Positions 1 through 11,125 of a stretch of DNA of 64,000 bases are shown here, one piece after another. A model generated the notes under the pieces. That model worked only from the letters and a program-made list of their open reading frames with translations, was not told where the DNA came from and searched no databases. How positions within the stretch are numbered: the stretch's first letter is position 1; each line of letters begins with the position of its first letter. The position numbers and the translations under genes were made by a program. Source of the stretch: Ramazzottius varieornatus (Eukaryota > Animalia > Tardigrada); the NCBI GenBank assembly GCA_001949185.1, contig BDGG01000002.1:3896448-3960447 (forward strand), in the 5' to 3' direction.

Positions 1-2
1 AT

Positions 3-152
3 GTTGGGAGATTGGCTAAGAAGAAGAAAGCCACCGAAGAGAAAATCACCGACAAGATCGCAAAAGTTGGTCCGTGGAGAAAACGAAAATCTGCAGAGGA
101 GACCGCCGTAACGAAGACAGCACGCAAAGCCAAAAAGTCGAAGAATGTCTGA
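3..152 (+). CDS. 3' end of an unidentified gene, Lys-rich C-terminus (partial)
   Basis: Frame from position 3 is open: VGRLAKKKKATEEKITDKIAKVGPWRKRKSAEETAVTKTARKAKKSKNV, with TGA at 150-152. No family recognised. Confidence 0.5.
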   Translation, partial: VGRLAKKKKATEEKITDKIAKVGPWRKRKSAEETAVTKTARKAKKSKNV

Positions 153-793
153 AATCTTCCATTTTTCCCTTGCGGGTTCCGCGACACTGTTGTGCCTTAC
201 GGACGTCATTCCTTTCATTCACGTGCGAGCTTTCTTTAGAAATGAGGTTTTACGTTTTAGATGATACGTAGGAGAGATGATTGTGAAGTGGGGAGTTTTA
301 GTTCACGTCGACGACAGTCGACAGAAACACGTCTTCGAAATTTGCTCTTTAGCCGCAGATTAGTTGGGGTGAAGGCTATTCGGTTGCGGTTATGGTATGA
401 CTCAGGCTGTGAGGAATCACGTGACAGTGTAACCTGCGTTGTGCTGCCACCCCATACCGCGGTTTGGACGGATTTATGTCCGAAATTTTCGCTGGACGGA
501 TTAATGTCCTTTCCCTCGTAGTTGCCAAGGTCGGCAGCGAGTTAGACTTGACAAAGGCTATTGAGCCACCTCACAATAATGGAGCTGTGTTAGAAGATAT
601 CTCAGGACTTCGGTCCCTCCCGACCGAGGAGGGACCGGATGAAGAGTCATTGAAGACGGATAAGGCAATTGGCACCACAATACAATCGATAAAAGACTGG
701 GATGCCTGTTATTGGATGCCTGGGTTGCGTTCACGGCTCTCTATGGTAATCTACTTACGAGCGTTTAAAGGAAAGATTACTACACGTACGTAC

Positions 794-1829
794 CCATGCT
801 GCTTGGCAAACTCGCGAGCCCGTACTTCGGTGACTTTGCGTCGCGTAGCCAAATCAGCCTTATTGCCACACAACACGACATCCGGTGTTTCGGTGGCGGC
901 ATGGGTTCGCAACTGCTCCAGCCAGCTGCGAATGTGCGTAAACGAATCCTCATTGGTCACGTCAAACATCAGCAGGAAACCCATGGCATCACGGAAGAAG
1001 GCCGTTGTCAAACTCCGGAACCTACAAAGAGAACAAAATATTGTGAGTAGGACTAGCAAATTCCAGTCACCTCCGCCTACTGCGTAGGCCAGCCGCACAC
1101 AGACGCAGCATGACAGTATTATGGTAAGCATTCGCATATCAATCAAACGACCACTGGCCTAAGAGTTGCTATTGGGCCAAGCAAAACAGAAAACCACTTT
1201 CTGCCCATTTTCATAGTACATTGCAATGCGTTCGTCTGTTTTGGTTTTCAGTCTTTGTACGCTGCGCTATTTTATCGAATTAATCGCTCGAATTTTCCCG
1301 AGTTACCGTTCTTGTCCCGCGGTATCCCAGAGCTGCAGATGAACACGATGAGCACGCGCGGAGTTGTTCGGAGCTCGATAAATCTATAATAATGACGTAA
1401 TGAGTTTATCCACGCTTGACAAACTCGTTATCAGCAGGGGAAGTCGAAGCCCTGAAAGCGATCCATTCAAGAAGAAATTCACGCTTAATTCCTGTTCTTT
1501 CCACCACGGAACACAAAAAGTAGGCAAGAGGTATGTCATTATCCTTTGTAGTTTTCAAAGACGAGATGCAAAAGCAAACGCAAATATTGGTTTGTCAAGG
1601 CGCAAAAGCTCACCACACGTTTCTCGCGGAAGTCGATACCAACTGTTGACACAAACTTGCTCTGGAAAACTTCGTCGGTATACTGGCCCAGAAAGCTCGT
1701 CTTGCCCACGCCGCTGTCCCCCAGCGCCAGGAGCTTCACTAGGTAATCATAGTCGGTCGACATTGGCGCAACGGAGGAAGAGGATTTGCTGGTGGAGAGG
1801 ATTGACTGTGGCGGCTCTTCGATTCCCAT
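794..1829 (-). CDS. Rab27: Rab27 small GTPase (3' exon missing from window)
   Basis: Exons 1829 or 1763 to 1614 ([36 protein letters not shown]), 1383-1307 ([12 protein letters not shown]) and 1022-794 ([28 protein letters not shown]), joined by in-phase GT-AG introns. [15 protein letters not shown] is Rab27-specific. Confidence 0.95.
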
Positions 1830-2412
1830 GTCGATATGGACCAGATGGAGACTTGTTCCGCCGCTTGTCCCAGAGCGCGTAATGGAATTTCCCTGTTCCC
1901 TGTATGAAACGAGCAAGCCGTTAACGGATCTCTTCCAGGTCAACACGCAGAGGAGTGTGCTGCGGATTATTAGATCAAAGTGGATGAGCAGGCAGGACGA
2001 GCTGCCGGAGTAGGGAGAAGACTGCGGCTAATCCACGCTAATCACGTACGATGTTACGATGTGCGGCCATATGGCGCATTATGGTACGCGATGCTTACTC
2101 CATTGTACTGCTTACTAATTACGTCACTGTTCTTCTGTTTTAGTGATGTCACAATGGTAAAAGTTGGGGCATCGTACTGAACCGCACCGGCGCACCTGCG
2201 GCCGTGACTTGTTCGCCAACCCGGAAGTACTGTACTATCTTCCTCGAACCCACCTGATGTCCGTAAGCGTCTTCCATGATCAACATCGATAACTATGGTC
2301 GTCATAGACAAATTGAATGCTCAACACTTCGGCAAGACTTTCAGATTAATTTGGGAAGGAATAATAGGCGAATGCCTAAGCATTCGCTTGAGGCGAGCCG
2401 ATCAGACATTTG

Positions 2413-2447
2413 ACTGGAACTGGAACTGGAACTGGAACTGGAACTGG
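2413..2447. repeat. (ACTGGA)n microsatellite, about 6 units
   Basis: actggaactggaactggaactggaactggaactgg read directly. Confidence 0.9.
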
Positions 2448-2659
2448 CATTTCTAAAATTCTAATCACAAGCAAGGTTTCACTATCAGGCCTCACGATAA
2501 GCTTCCTTTTATTATCATCGAAAAACTAGTGCACGAGGTTCGGGGAAGCAACACGGCTAACGAGTAATTCAATCTCCCAAAGTCAGGTTGACTGTACATT
2601 ACCTTCTGCTACAGTAGTCTTGCAAGAAGACAACACGCGGAACTTCCCACTGGATCAAG

Positions 2660-3665
2660 ATGGCGACCACGCGGAGTATTATGAAGTCGCTTTGCCTTGT
2701 GCTCTGCTTGTCGAGCTGTGTGGTTCGTGGAAGCGCATCATCTCGGCAGATCGAAGAAGATCCAATTAGCTACGAGCCAACATTTGCAGGTTTGAATCTG
2801 ATACATCGAAGTTCCCAGTCACTCATGCACATCAACGTCAAGGTTCGCGATGTTTATTTCCTAGAGAGGTATGCATTTCCAGCGGAAAAAATTCTAGAGT
2901 ATTCAAGGGAACTTCAAAAGCTCCATCAGCAACAATTGCCTGAAGAACCCGTACAGCAATTTAAAGAGCCGACTTTTGCAGGTCTGATGTTTTCCTGTCG
3001 TTTCAAGCTTGTGAGAGGACGATGAAATCCCTTTCTATTTCCAGAGAAGAATGGGTTTGCGAAGGAAAAGATTCTGGAGTACGCCAGCGAAATTCAGAAG
3101 CTTCACGGGATCCAAGCCGCTGCGGTAGAACCCCCGTTAGACCCAGCGTTCTCTCGATCTGTTTGTCCGACTGGACTGGTCCACGTCACAGCGGGTATGC
3201 GGCTCTACTCCAACTCGCGGAACTACAACCAGAATGGGCGAAAGTGTGATTGGAGTTTCAATGCAGCTTGTGATGTCAAGTTCTACGTAACTTACAGCTG
3301 GACCGGACAGTCCGGACTGAAAGAGTACGTGTACGAACCCAGTTTCGCGAAGTTTTTTTATGGATCCATATCAGAGAACTGGTGTACGTTTTCTCTATAG
3401 GTTCGACGATCAGGAATACGGAGTCTTTAAGAATTCTGCGACGGTCAACTTCAACCCTCAATACTTGTACCAGACACAGGCTTGTGCTCGACCAGGCTCG
3501 ACCTTCAAGATCGGAGTACGAGCCGTGGATACCGACAACAAGGGCAAGGAGGAGCCCATTGGCGAGTGGAACTTCCAATACTACGTTACGCCAGGTGAAG
3601 AGGATGAGGATATCAAGATCAGTCAAAAGTCTGGCGCGTATGTCAAGGTGTTTTTTGATTCCTGA
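2660..3665 (+). CDS. Secreted protein: signal peptide, duplicated acidic pro-segment, C2/MNNL-like beta domain (paralog 1)
   Basis: Exons 2660-2789, 2865-2981, 3045-3324 and 3401-3665 splice in phase. Hydrophobic N-terminus (MKSLCLVLCLSSCVVRG). Mature part VCPTGLVHVTAGMRLYSNSRNYNQNGRKCD..CD..IGVRAVDTDNKGKEEPIGEW..SQKSGAYVKVFFDS aligns with the neighbouring gene. Confidence 0.85.
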
Positions 3666-4174
3666 GACGCCTTCTGTGAAGCATGATAGTTTGCCGGATC
3701 CCGGCCGCTTATAGATAACCGCACTTTCTCTATCGTGGCTCCTAAATATTCAGATTTAGGCCGAAGCAGATCAAGTTTCACGACATGATGTGAGCAAATA
3801 AAGGAGTACAGTGCTTCAATCAAAATCTCAGTTTGTACGTCCTCAATTCCACCACCAAGACGGAGAAATATAATGCTGATCGCGTTGTTACATTGATGCG
3901 GAAAACTTCTGTGTACAAAATTAATGTCCTTCATGTTTTGCGTATGGGGATACGGTTGGACGATAAGAAGGCAAAGTCGCGACCTCCCTGCGAGAACAAA
4001 GAAATGCACGTAGCCTGAGTTGATAGGCTTTATCGCATTCGGCAGACCTGATAAGCCAATCGACCACGAAAACTTCAGAAAGCAGTTTGTCAGAAACCAT
4101 AACGTGTTGTTCGACATTTCGAGCAGTCGGGTAATCTTCCTATGCAGAGCACGACTACGTCCTGACCCAGCAAC

Positions 4175-5056
4175 ATGAAGGGCTTCCTGGTCCTGTTCGC
4201 CACTTTGGCTCTCGTCTTGGTCAGCCTGGCGCATGGAGCATCAATCGAAACCAACGGTAAGTAAAGTTTCCGCACCAAAAGGGATCTCTTTAGCATATTG
4301 TACGCAAAACCCCAACTTGCTTCGACAGATCCGGACGAACCAGCGCTTGAGGATGTTCCTGATCTGTCCAACCCGGAAGAACTCGCAAAATATCTGCAAG
4401 ACAATGAACCTCAAGTACCACGAGTCTCGACGGTTCCCAAATATTCTCCGGTAACCTATTGCTGCTTTGCTCAAACAGTGGTTTCCGTCTATTTTAACCA
4501 GCGTTCTTCCATGTTCCGTACAGGACGCGACGAGGCTGACTTGTCCACCAGATTTGGTCCGTGTCACCGCCGGGCTGAGACGCTACTACAACAAGCAGAA
4601 CTACAACATGAAAGGTCAGAAGTGTGATTACACGTGGGGCCTTTGGGGAACTAGCAAATGTGATCCCATCTTCCACACCACCTATACCTACGAAGGGAAG
4701 CGAGGAAACTTGATGTAAGGCCCAACCGGCATTCAGGTTCTTTTCCGAGACCCTTCCCATCATGTTACGCGATACTGGTCTGTCCTAGGTTCGAAACGGT
4801 GACTTACGGACCTTTCACGGATTCCACCGAAGTCATTTTCACTCCCCAGTTCGTCTACCAAGTGCAAGTTTGTGCCGCGCCTAACACCATGGTTCGTATC
4901 GGGTTGGATGTCCGCGACGACGATGTGACAACCCAGAGCGAGAGAATCGGACAATGGGACTTCCAGTACAATGCGGCTAAAGACTTTGGACAGTATACGG
5001 AAACGAGACGCAGCCAGAAATCTGGCGCTGATATCACCGTCTTTTTCCAGTCATAA
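4175..5056 (+). CDS. Secreted protein: signal peptide, acidic pro-segment, C2/MNNL-like beta domain (paralog 2)
   Basis: ATG at 4175 gives MKGFLVLFATLALVLVSLAHGASI; 4 exons. Mature part LTCPPDLVRVTAGLRRYYNKQNYNMKGQKCD..CD..IGLDVRDDDVTTQSERIGQW..SQKSGADITVFFQS. Shares the phase-2 intron position in this domain with paralog 1. Confidence 0.88.
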
Positions 5057-5186
5057 AGTGAGACCAGAGCTCGAACGTCTTTTGCTTTCACGTTTAATCG
5101 TCAGTTTGTTTAGAGAAGACGGCGATCCCACACATCTTTTCGATAAAGAATTGATCAACTCCCATTTTTAACAACGGAAGAAAAAT

Positions 5187-5290
5187 GGCAGCCGGGCAAA
5201 TGAAACCTACAAGATCGCTGTCCCAAGTGACGCACAACTTCATTGGTATAGGTTGGAAGGGTGCGCCGCTTAAGTTAACAATTTTATGTC
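5187..5290. mobile_element. Palindromic MITE-like element, degenerate copy
   Basis: gggcaaatga..aagatcgctgtcccaagtgacgcac..gtgcgccgcttaag matches the family consensus; the right arm is eroded at the GPCR stop codon. Confidence 0.6.
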
Positions 5291-6727
5291 CGTCCTGTCT
5301 CGATCGGAAGTACTGCTCGCTTCTTTCGAAAATGGCAATACGATAGCAGGTTTTCCTTTAGCGCAGAAAGCGCCATTCGCATTTCTGGTAAGAGGAAGAT
5401 GAAAAACAATGGATCGATTATCAGGAGTACCAAAGCAAGTGTGGCTGACGAAGCCACGACTTCCAGGGTATGCGGTGGCGGATGTTCGTTGAGCAAAAGA
5501 ACGGTCCCAATCGTGACTGGCGTCCAGATCAACATTTGTACGGACAACAAGGCCATTACTAGACGGGTCTTCCTGGTCAGTAGAGTACCTGTCCGCCGTC
5601 TCTGCTGCAGTGAATTGGGATTATTCGGATGAGACATCGGATAGATGGTTCTTCGAACTGGAGGTAGGGCTCCAATGGAGTTCGCGGATCGACCACCCGT
5701 CAACAACAGGGACGGGTGACCGAAGCTCAGACTTTTTCTCGAAAACCGTCCGTCTGTACGGGAGAAATTCTTCATCTCGAGGTTCTTTGATTTGGCTAAA
5801 ACAAATAGCTTAGATGAGAAAGCAGCATCGATAGATCTACAGTAGAATGCGTGTTTGGGAGGTGTGCAAACAGCAAGAACAAGATCGTCGTCTCAAGTAG
5901 CGCATGGTCCAAGTATATACCAAAGGAAACCTGCGCCACTTGAGATAGCTACTATCTTGCCTGTTTTGTTTGCCCAGCTCCCAAGCCTCCCATACTTAGA
6001 TAGTACAAATGCAAACCGCGGCGGAATGCGCCGCTATAATATCATATGCTTCACCTAGTCGTGCGAGGCGTCGTTTGTAGATCAGTGTCAGAAGAACAGG
6101 GTACGAGACATACATGAAACCTTCGGGAAGTAGCACATTCATGACACCAACCACATTGTCGTAACGAGTATTATGCCATGCTGCGCCACATAGCGAACCA
6201 TCGACCGCCATAGCTGGAATCAACGCAATGTTCGGGACAAACTGTGGCAAATACCAAAGGTTCAGATAAACTACAGCCAGGGCAATTTGGAACATTCCCA
6301 TCCGGATGGTACGTTTCCGACGGTACCAGTGCGGTATAAGGTACGCTAACCACCTGTCGATGCAGATCACGCAATGTTGAAGGACGATCATGGTCGGCAG
6401 GCTTCCTTGGGCGTACAGGAAGAAGGCACAGCCAGCCCGAGGACGTTTCCAGTCTTTGGAGACCTGCATTGGAAGATAGACAACGGTCAAACACAGATTG
6501 ATGACTGTAATGGCCAGAACATGGACGGTGAAGGAAGTGACCAGGTGACGGCGGAAGAGAAAGATTATGAGGACCAATGAGTTGGCGAGAAAGGCGAGAA
6601 TGCCGATCGTGATGATGAAAATGGTGCTGTAGGATTTCATCGCCGAGAGTCGCCCGATACTGGCGATTAGTTCACGTTCATTGTCTAAAATTTGGTAAGA
6701 CACGTTCGAAGAGAGATTGAGATACAT
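5284..6727 (-). CDS. Class A (rhodopsin-like) orphan GPCR
   Basis: Exons 6727-~6055 and 5795-5284. N-terminal sequons NLS and NVS; TM1 ANSLVL; TM3 CIDRW (DRY variant); TM6 IWTP; TM7 IDPLFF (NPxxY variant); helix 8 PEMR. Confidence 0.9.
5857..5982. mobile_element. Palindromic MITE-like element in GPCR intron
   Basis: gggaggtgtgcaaac..aagatcgtcgtctcaagtagcgca..tgcgccacttgagata..gtttgcccagctccc. Confidence 0.75.
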
Positions 6728-7359
6728 TTTTGCTGGCAACGAGAAAATCACGGCCAAGACCTCGGCGAAGAATTTAAAAAGAAGGAAGATCGACCTGCAA
6801 GAGCAAAATCCCTTTGCCGGCACCTCCTCCGTGATATTCGACTAATTAGACCAATAGAGCTGCGGCGTTAACGCATCGCTCGTCCTCATACGAAATCTCG
6901 GAGATAATCATGCTAGGAATAGGATGGTCCCGCGAAACGATGGAGTGATGACTAATGAGGACCTGCGGGAGAAAAATTGCTCCAGTGTGGTGTCCTTAAT
7001 CATGCTGATGGGCTACTAACACATGATTTCCTCCTCCCGAATGCAAACGTGCCCCCTTATATACCACTCATCTCACTTGTCAGTACATTTCAGATTAACT
7101 CGACCTTCGTGCAGTACTGAAATCTGCACTGCAAACATCGCCCCTGACTGTTTGTCCGAGACGGAATCTATGGCTGATGTTGCTGGAAGACACATCGCAA
7201 ATGCGAGTGCGTACGATAAAAAAAAGAGACACTTTTTCACCGGAACCAATTAACATCTCAGAAGCGACTGAACGCTGCAGTGTCTCGTACAAAAGTTCGT
7301 GTTTGCAATAAAACAAGAATCATTGAACAGTGGTAATCCCCTCTAGAGTACGTACAAGA

Positions 7360-9591
7360 TTACGGGTCGTTGTGGAAATGCTGCTGTTCATCGAGTGTCT
7401 CAGCGGCGTGCGACGAGCCGGCGGCAGCTGCTTCCGCATCCAGGTAGGGCGTCAGGAACTCCTCCGTAGTTTTCAGCTTGATGTAGCCGATGTAGTCAAG
7501 CGTTCGCAGGACAAAGACCATGAAGAGCCACAGTAATGCCAGCCATTTGATCCCTTTCTTCCACCTCTTCAAACTCGAATCTGCGGAACGGAACAATAAT
7601 CAACAATTTCACAGACGTCTCACTTACTTGTAGACTTCAGTAAAAATTAATACTCTATTCGAACCCTGTGAAACCGAATTTAATAAGACAATTTTTCAAG
7701 TCGTGCAAGTTTCAGTTAACACCGAAATCGCGCACCACTGGAAGATACAATCATACTCGACAAGTTTGTATTTCCCCAAGCGGCGCACCTTTCGAGCTAT
7801 AACGTTGAGGAATATGCGCTACTTGAGAAAACAATCTTGTTGAGTTTATTTGTCGAGCTTCCACTTCGGTGTTGGGTCTTTTATTTAATCGTTTGGGTCT
7901 TACATCGAAAGTCAGCTTGATGAAGGAGTATTTTCTTGTCAGCCGAAACACTGAACACCGTGCACTGGGCATTCTCCGTTCCCGTCAGTAGCTTCGCCCC
8001 GAACGTCACATCAGCAAACTCCAAGTCCGTCACAAACGTATCGTGGGCCGTTGTTGAGTATATGACTGCTAAAGAATCAGCTCGGAGTATCGACACGTTG
8101 CCGTCAAGGTTCCCCGTGGCCAGGTACTTTCCATCAGGGCTGATGGCTAGTGCGGAGAGCAGGTCACCCTCCATGGCGGTGTGCTTGACCATGATCAGCT
8201 TGGTGCCACGGAACTTGTAGACGCAGATGAACGAGTGATTCTTGCGCTTCTTCTCCCGAACCACCGGGATCCATACTACGAAAAGTACCGAAGCTTCTTT
8301 GGAGTGGAAGCGGACTTTGCGGGGACGGTAGGCTGCGGAACGGGCTTGGGGGAAGTCGGGCTGGGCTGAGGTGATGAGTTTACGGGAAGCGACGCTCCAT
8401 ACGTGAACCTTCTTGTCCCTTCCACCAGTAACAATCTAGAAAACACTTGGTTGAGCTTTCGCAATATTTGAAGGGAGCAAGAGACAGGTATCTTTCTTAG
8501 CACCTCTTCACCGGTAGCGGACACGTCGATATCGGAAACTTCGTCATCGTGAGCTTTGACTGAGTGCGCCAGCTGCAGATTTTCACCCTAAAAAGAGATG
8601 GAAAAACGAATACTAGGGACTCTCGAATACACTCCAGAAGGTATCACATGGCAGAAGAGAAGCTTTCAGAGAAGTGTTAACTTACCCGGAAAAAGCGAAG
8701 CATACCGTCGGTTCCACCGACGACCAAGCCAGCTTCGATAGGAAGGCTTCCTTGCTCATCACTCCCATGCGACGACCTTCTTTCTGCGGCGTTCGTATCC
8801 GGAGGAAGGAAAGCACAGCACTGCTGGATGTTCGGCTGTCCTTCGATGGTCCGAACGGTCTCGCGGAAAATTATGGAAAGTAAATCTTGCTTTGCGACAA
8901 CCGGTTTAACCCTGGACAACGCGAAAGCTTCTAAAACAAAACAAAACAAAACAAAAAAAACCTGTGTAAATCTGTTAATGTTGGTGATATCGGTGAATGC
9001 GAAATTCTGAAAACCTCACCGTCGTCTATAGACTGCGTGGGTTTGGGAAGACTTCGGTTAATCTGGTAGATCGAGGAAGAGTTATCTAACCCAATCGCCA
9101 CCAGCTCCCTGGACGTGTCTAACATAGTCCGGACTTCCGTAGACAGTCGATGCGTCAACGGAGGCATCGCTCTAGGTTCCGGCTGGCCTCCCGAAGAACT
9201 CGGTTTGGCAGTAGGAAGTTTTCTGTTTAGCCGGAGACCTGGCGAGTCCACGGCGACAGGTGAGAGGGAGGAAGAGGTAATCTCGTACACAGCCACGTTC
9301 ATCGGAGCAGCCGTTCCAGTCTCCAGTTTCTGCGACTCTCGAAGGTAGCAACGTCCATTATGGATCGTCAACGAAAACAGGTACTGCAATAAGAGCAGGC
9401 ATGAGCTTAAGTTGGTTAGAATATGAAACAGATGAAATTACAACAGCATTTGGTACGCCCGTCTTGGCGCTGCCTCCTCCACCTCCAACTACGAATTGTC
9501 GATCTCCGAGTCGCTTAATGAAGAAGATGGGAATGTCCAGCTCGTGCATGCGCACTGCGCGTCCGTCGCGAGATCGGCGTTCCTTCGTCAT
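7360..9591 (-). CDS. PREB: Sec12/PREB, Sar1 GEF (WD40 propeller plus C-terminal TM)
   Basis: K-loop GGGGGSAKTGVPNAV. WD repeats AHDDEVSDIDVS, SALAISPDGKYLATGNLDGNVSI and AHDTFVTDLEF..VFSVSAD. The last exon (~7581-7360) splices in phase and encodes the TM segment WLALLWLFMVFVL. Confidence 0.92.
7680..7856. mobile_element. One or two degenerate MITE-like copies in the last PREB intron
   Basis: atttccccaagcggcgcac..tgcgctacttgagaaaacaatcttgttgagtttatttg, preceded by a weaker copy (tttttcaagtcgtgca..cgcaccactggaagata). Confidence 0.6.
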
Positions 9592-10180
9592 TGCTCTTCA
9601 AGGCAAATTTCAAAATACCGAAGCTATCCAAACCAACTTCCGGCTGAGTTACCTGTCAGAAACGTGGCGATCGGAAGCCGCAGTACAACGAGCTGAACTC
9701 GCCAAGTCGCCTCGACATGTTCTCTGTCTTGCTATTAGACTCTCACACAGTTCGATAATTGCTAGAACGACACAGGCATTTGCGGAAGTAGCGCGGAGAG
9801 ATCTGAGCAGTTAGCATGAGATCTGGCAGTGACAGCAAGACATCCAAGTTGGATAGTCCAACGTCACTGGCAGCGTGGCTTGCGGAAACCGCACAATCAA
9901 CTTCCGTCAATCAACCGGTCGTTTTCGACTGGCTGAAGAAATGGCCGTTTCCTCCGAACTCGCACCTCCATCTCGCAAAATTCCCGAAGACCTTCACCAA
10001 CACAACGGTGCTTTACTTGATACATCAGTATATTTAAAACATAATTTTTATTTAACCCGCAGCAAACGTAGAGCATTCAACGAAGTCACAACCTGTAAAG
10101 TTGCTTCAAACTGCAAACAAAATTGTGTTTTGTAAAATCACATCTGTAGTATATTGTATGGATGGAAAGTGTGATCTGGT

Positions 10181-10375
10181 ATCGCTTCTCGGCCTTTTGG
10201 CTAAGATCAAAGTGTAGTATCTGTTCTCGGTAGTGTGACAACTACCGCGACCCCCATTGGGGGTCCGATTGTCACTGGAATTTTTGCAACGCGGTGGGGC
10301 TCTGGGGCTTGCTCCATCCTTGCCTGGGTTGGCCCGGTATTGCAGTACCTCCGGGATCGGCCCGTCCCCTCGGGG
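10181..10375 (+). ncRNA. U2: U2 spliceosomal snRNA
   Basis: 5' end ATCGCTTCTCGGCCTTTTGGCTAAGATCAAAGTGTAGTATCTGTTCT with branch-point recognition GTAGTA; Sm site AATTTTTG at 10279; stem-loop IV loop TATTGCAGTA. The 3' end is approximate. Confidence 0.97.
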
Positions 10376-11125
10376 ACATTAGTAATCAATGAAAGGGCGG
10401 CAGCAGTGGAGATGTGAAGCTGGGCTAGGACACTGGCAAAGCGTGCTTTAACTCAGTACACCTACGTCCTGCTTCACGTGGCTACTTCAATTTCCATTCC
10501 ACGGTCCACAGCATGTGACTTATGACGTATAAAGATTTGGTACAATATGACGTGAGCGTAGGTATTTGTTCCTGGTTCAGCTTATCTTCCAACTTTCAAG
10601 CTGAAGTTTCCATTCGGAAAACCAGTCGTCAACTCACTTTTGATGCCTCCGTTGAAGACGGGTGATCTGTTGTATGAGCTTATTGAAGGTTAGAACGGTA
10701 GTTTACTAGGGAGGAATACTGGAATGACATATGGCCTGTGATATAACGCGACTAATCACCTGCTGCTCATTTGAGATGATCCGATGTCCTCCGGCTACTC
10801 GGGATTCAGCACTTGCGACTTGACGGTTCCATCTTATCAGAAGGCACGTGCAGATTGGTAAGTGATAGCACGTAGGCGCTGTCTTTGCGCTGAACTTCAC
10901 TTGCGTAATGAAAGCGTATTGTACAGTGTGAACGAAGCTTCCTCCGCTCTTGCAGTTTACTGAGTTTAGTTCAAGTGCTTAGATCTGACGATTTTTCTTT
11001 CTAGCCACGAACGTGAATGAGCGCTGGAGTTTAAGAGGATGTAATCCCTACCAAAAGAATATCCTGGAGTGATCGAGAAACGTGCGCCACTGTTTCGTGA
11101 ATTTTCTTCCATTATACAGTCAATC

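Noticed and set aside
611-637. GC-rich hairpin cggtccctcc-N7-ggagggaccg, considered as a terminator or ribozyme stem
   Set aside because: Eukaryotic context, no U-tract and no hammerhead core on either strand.
464-1087. 207-aa plus-strand ORF
   Set aside because: Non-ATG start, partly antisense to Rab27 exon 3 and no recognisable motif. Treated as a shadow ORF, like most unlisted ORF-track entries.
9816-10037. 73-aa ORF upstream of U2
   Set aside because: No homology signal or splice support; it lies in promoter DNA between PREB and U2.
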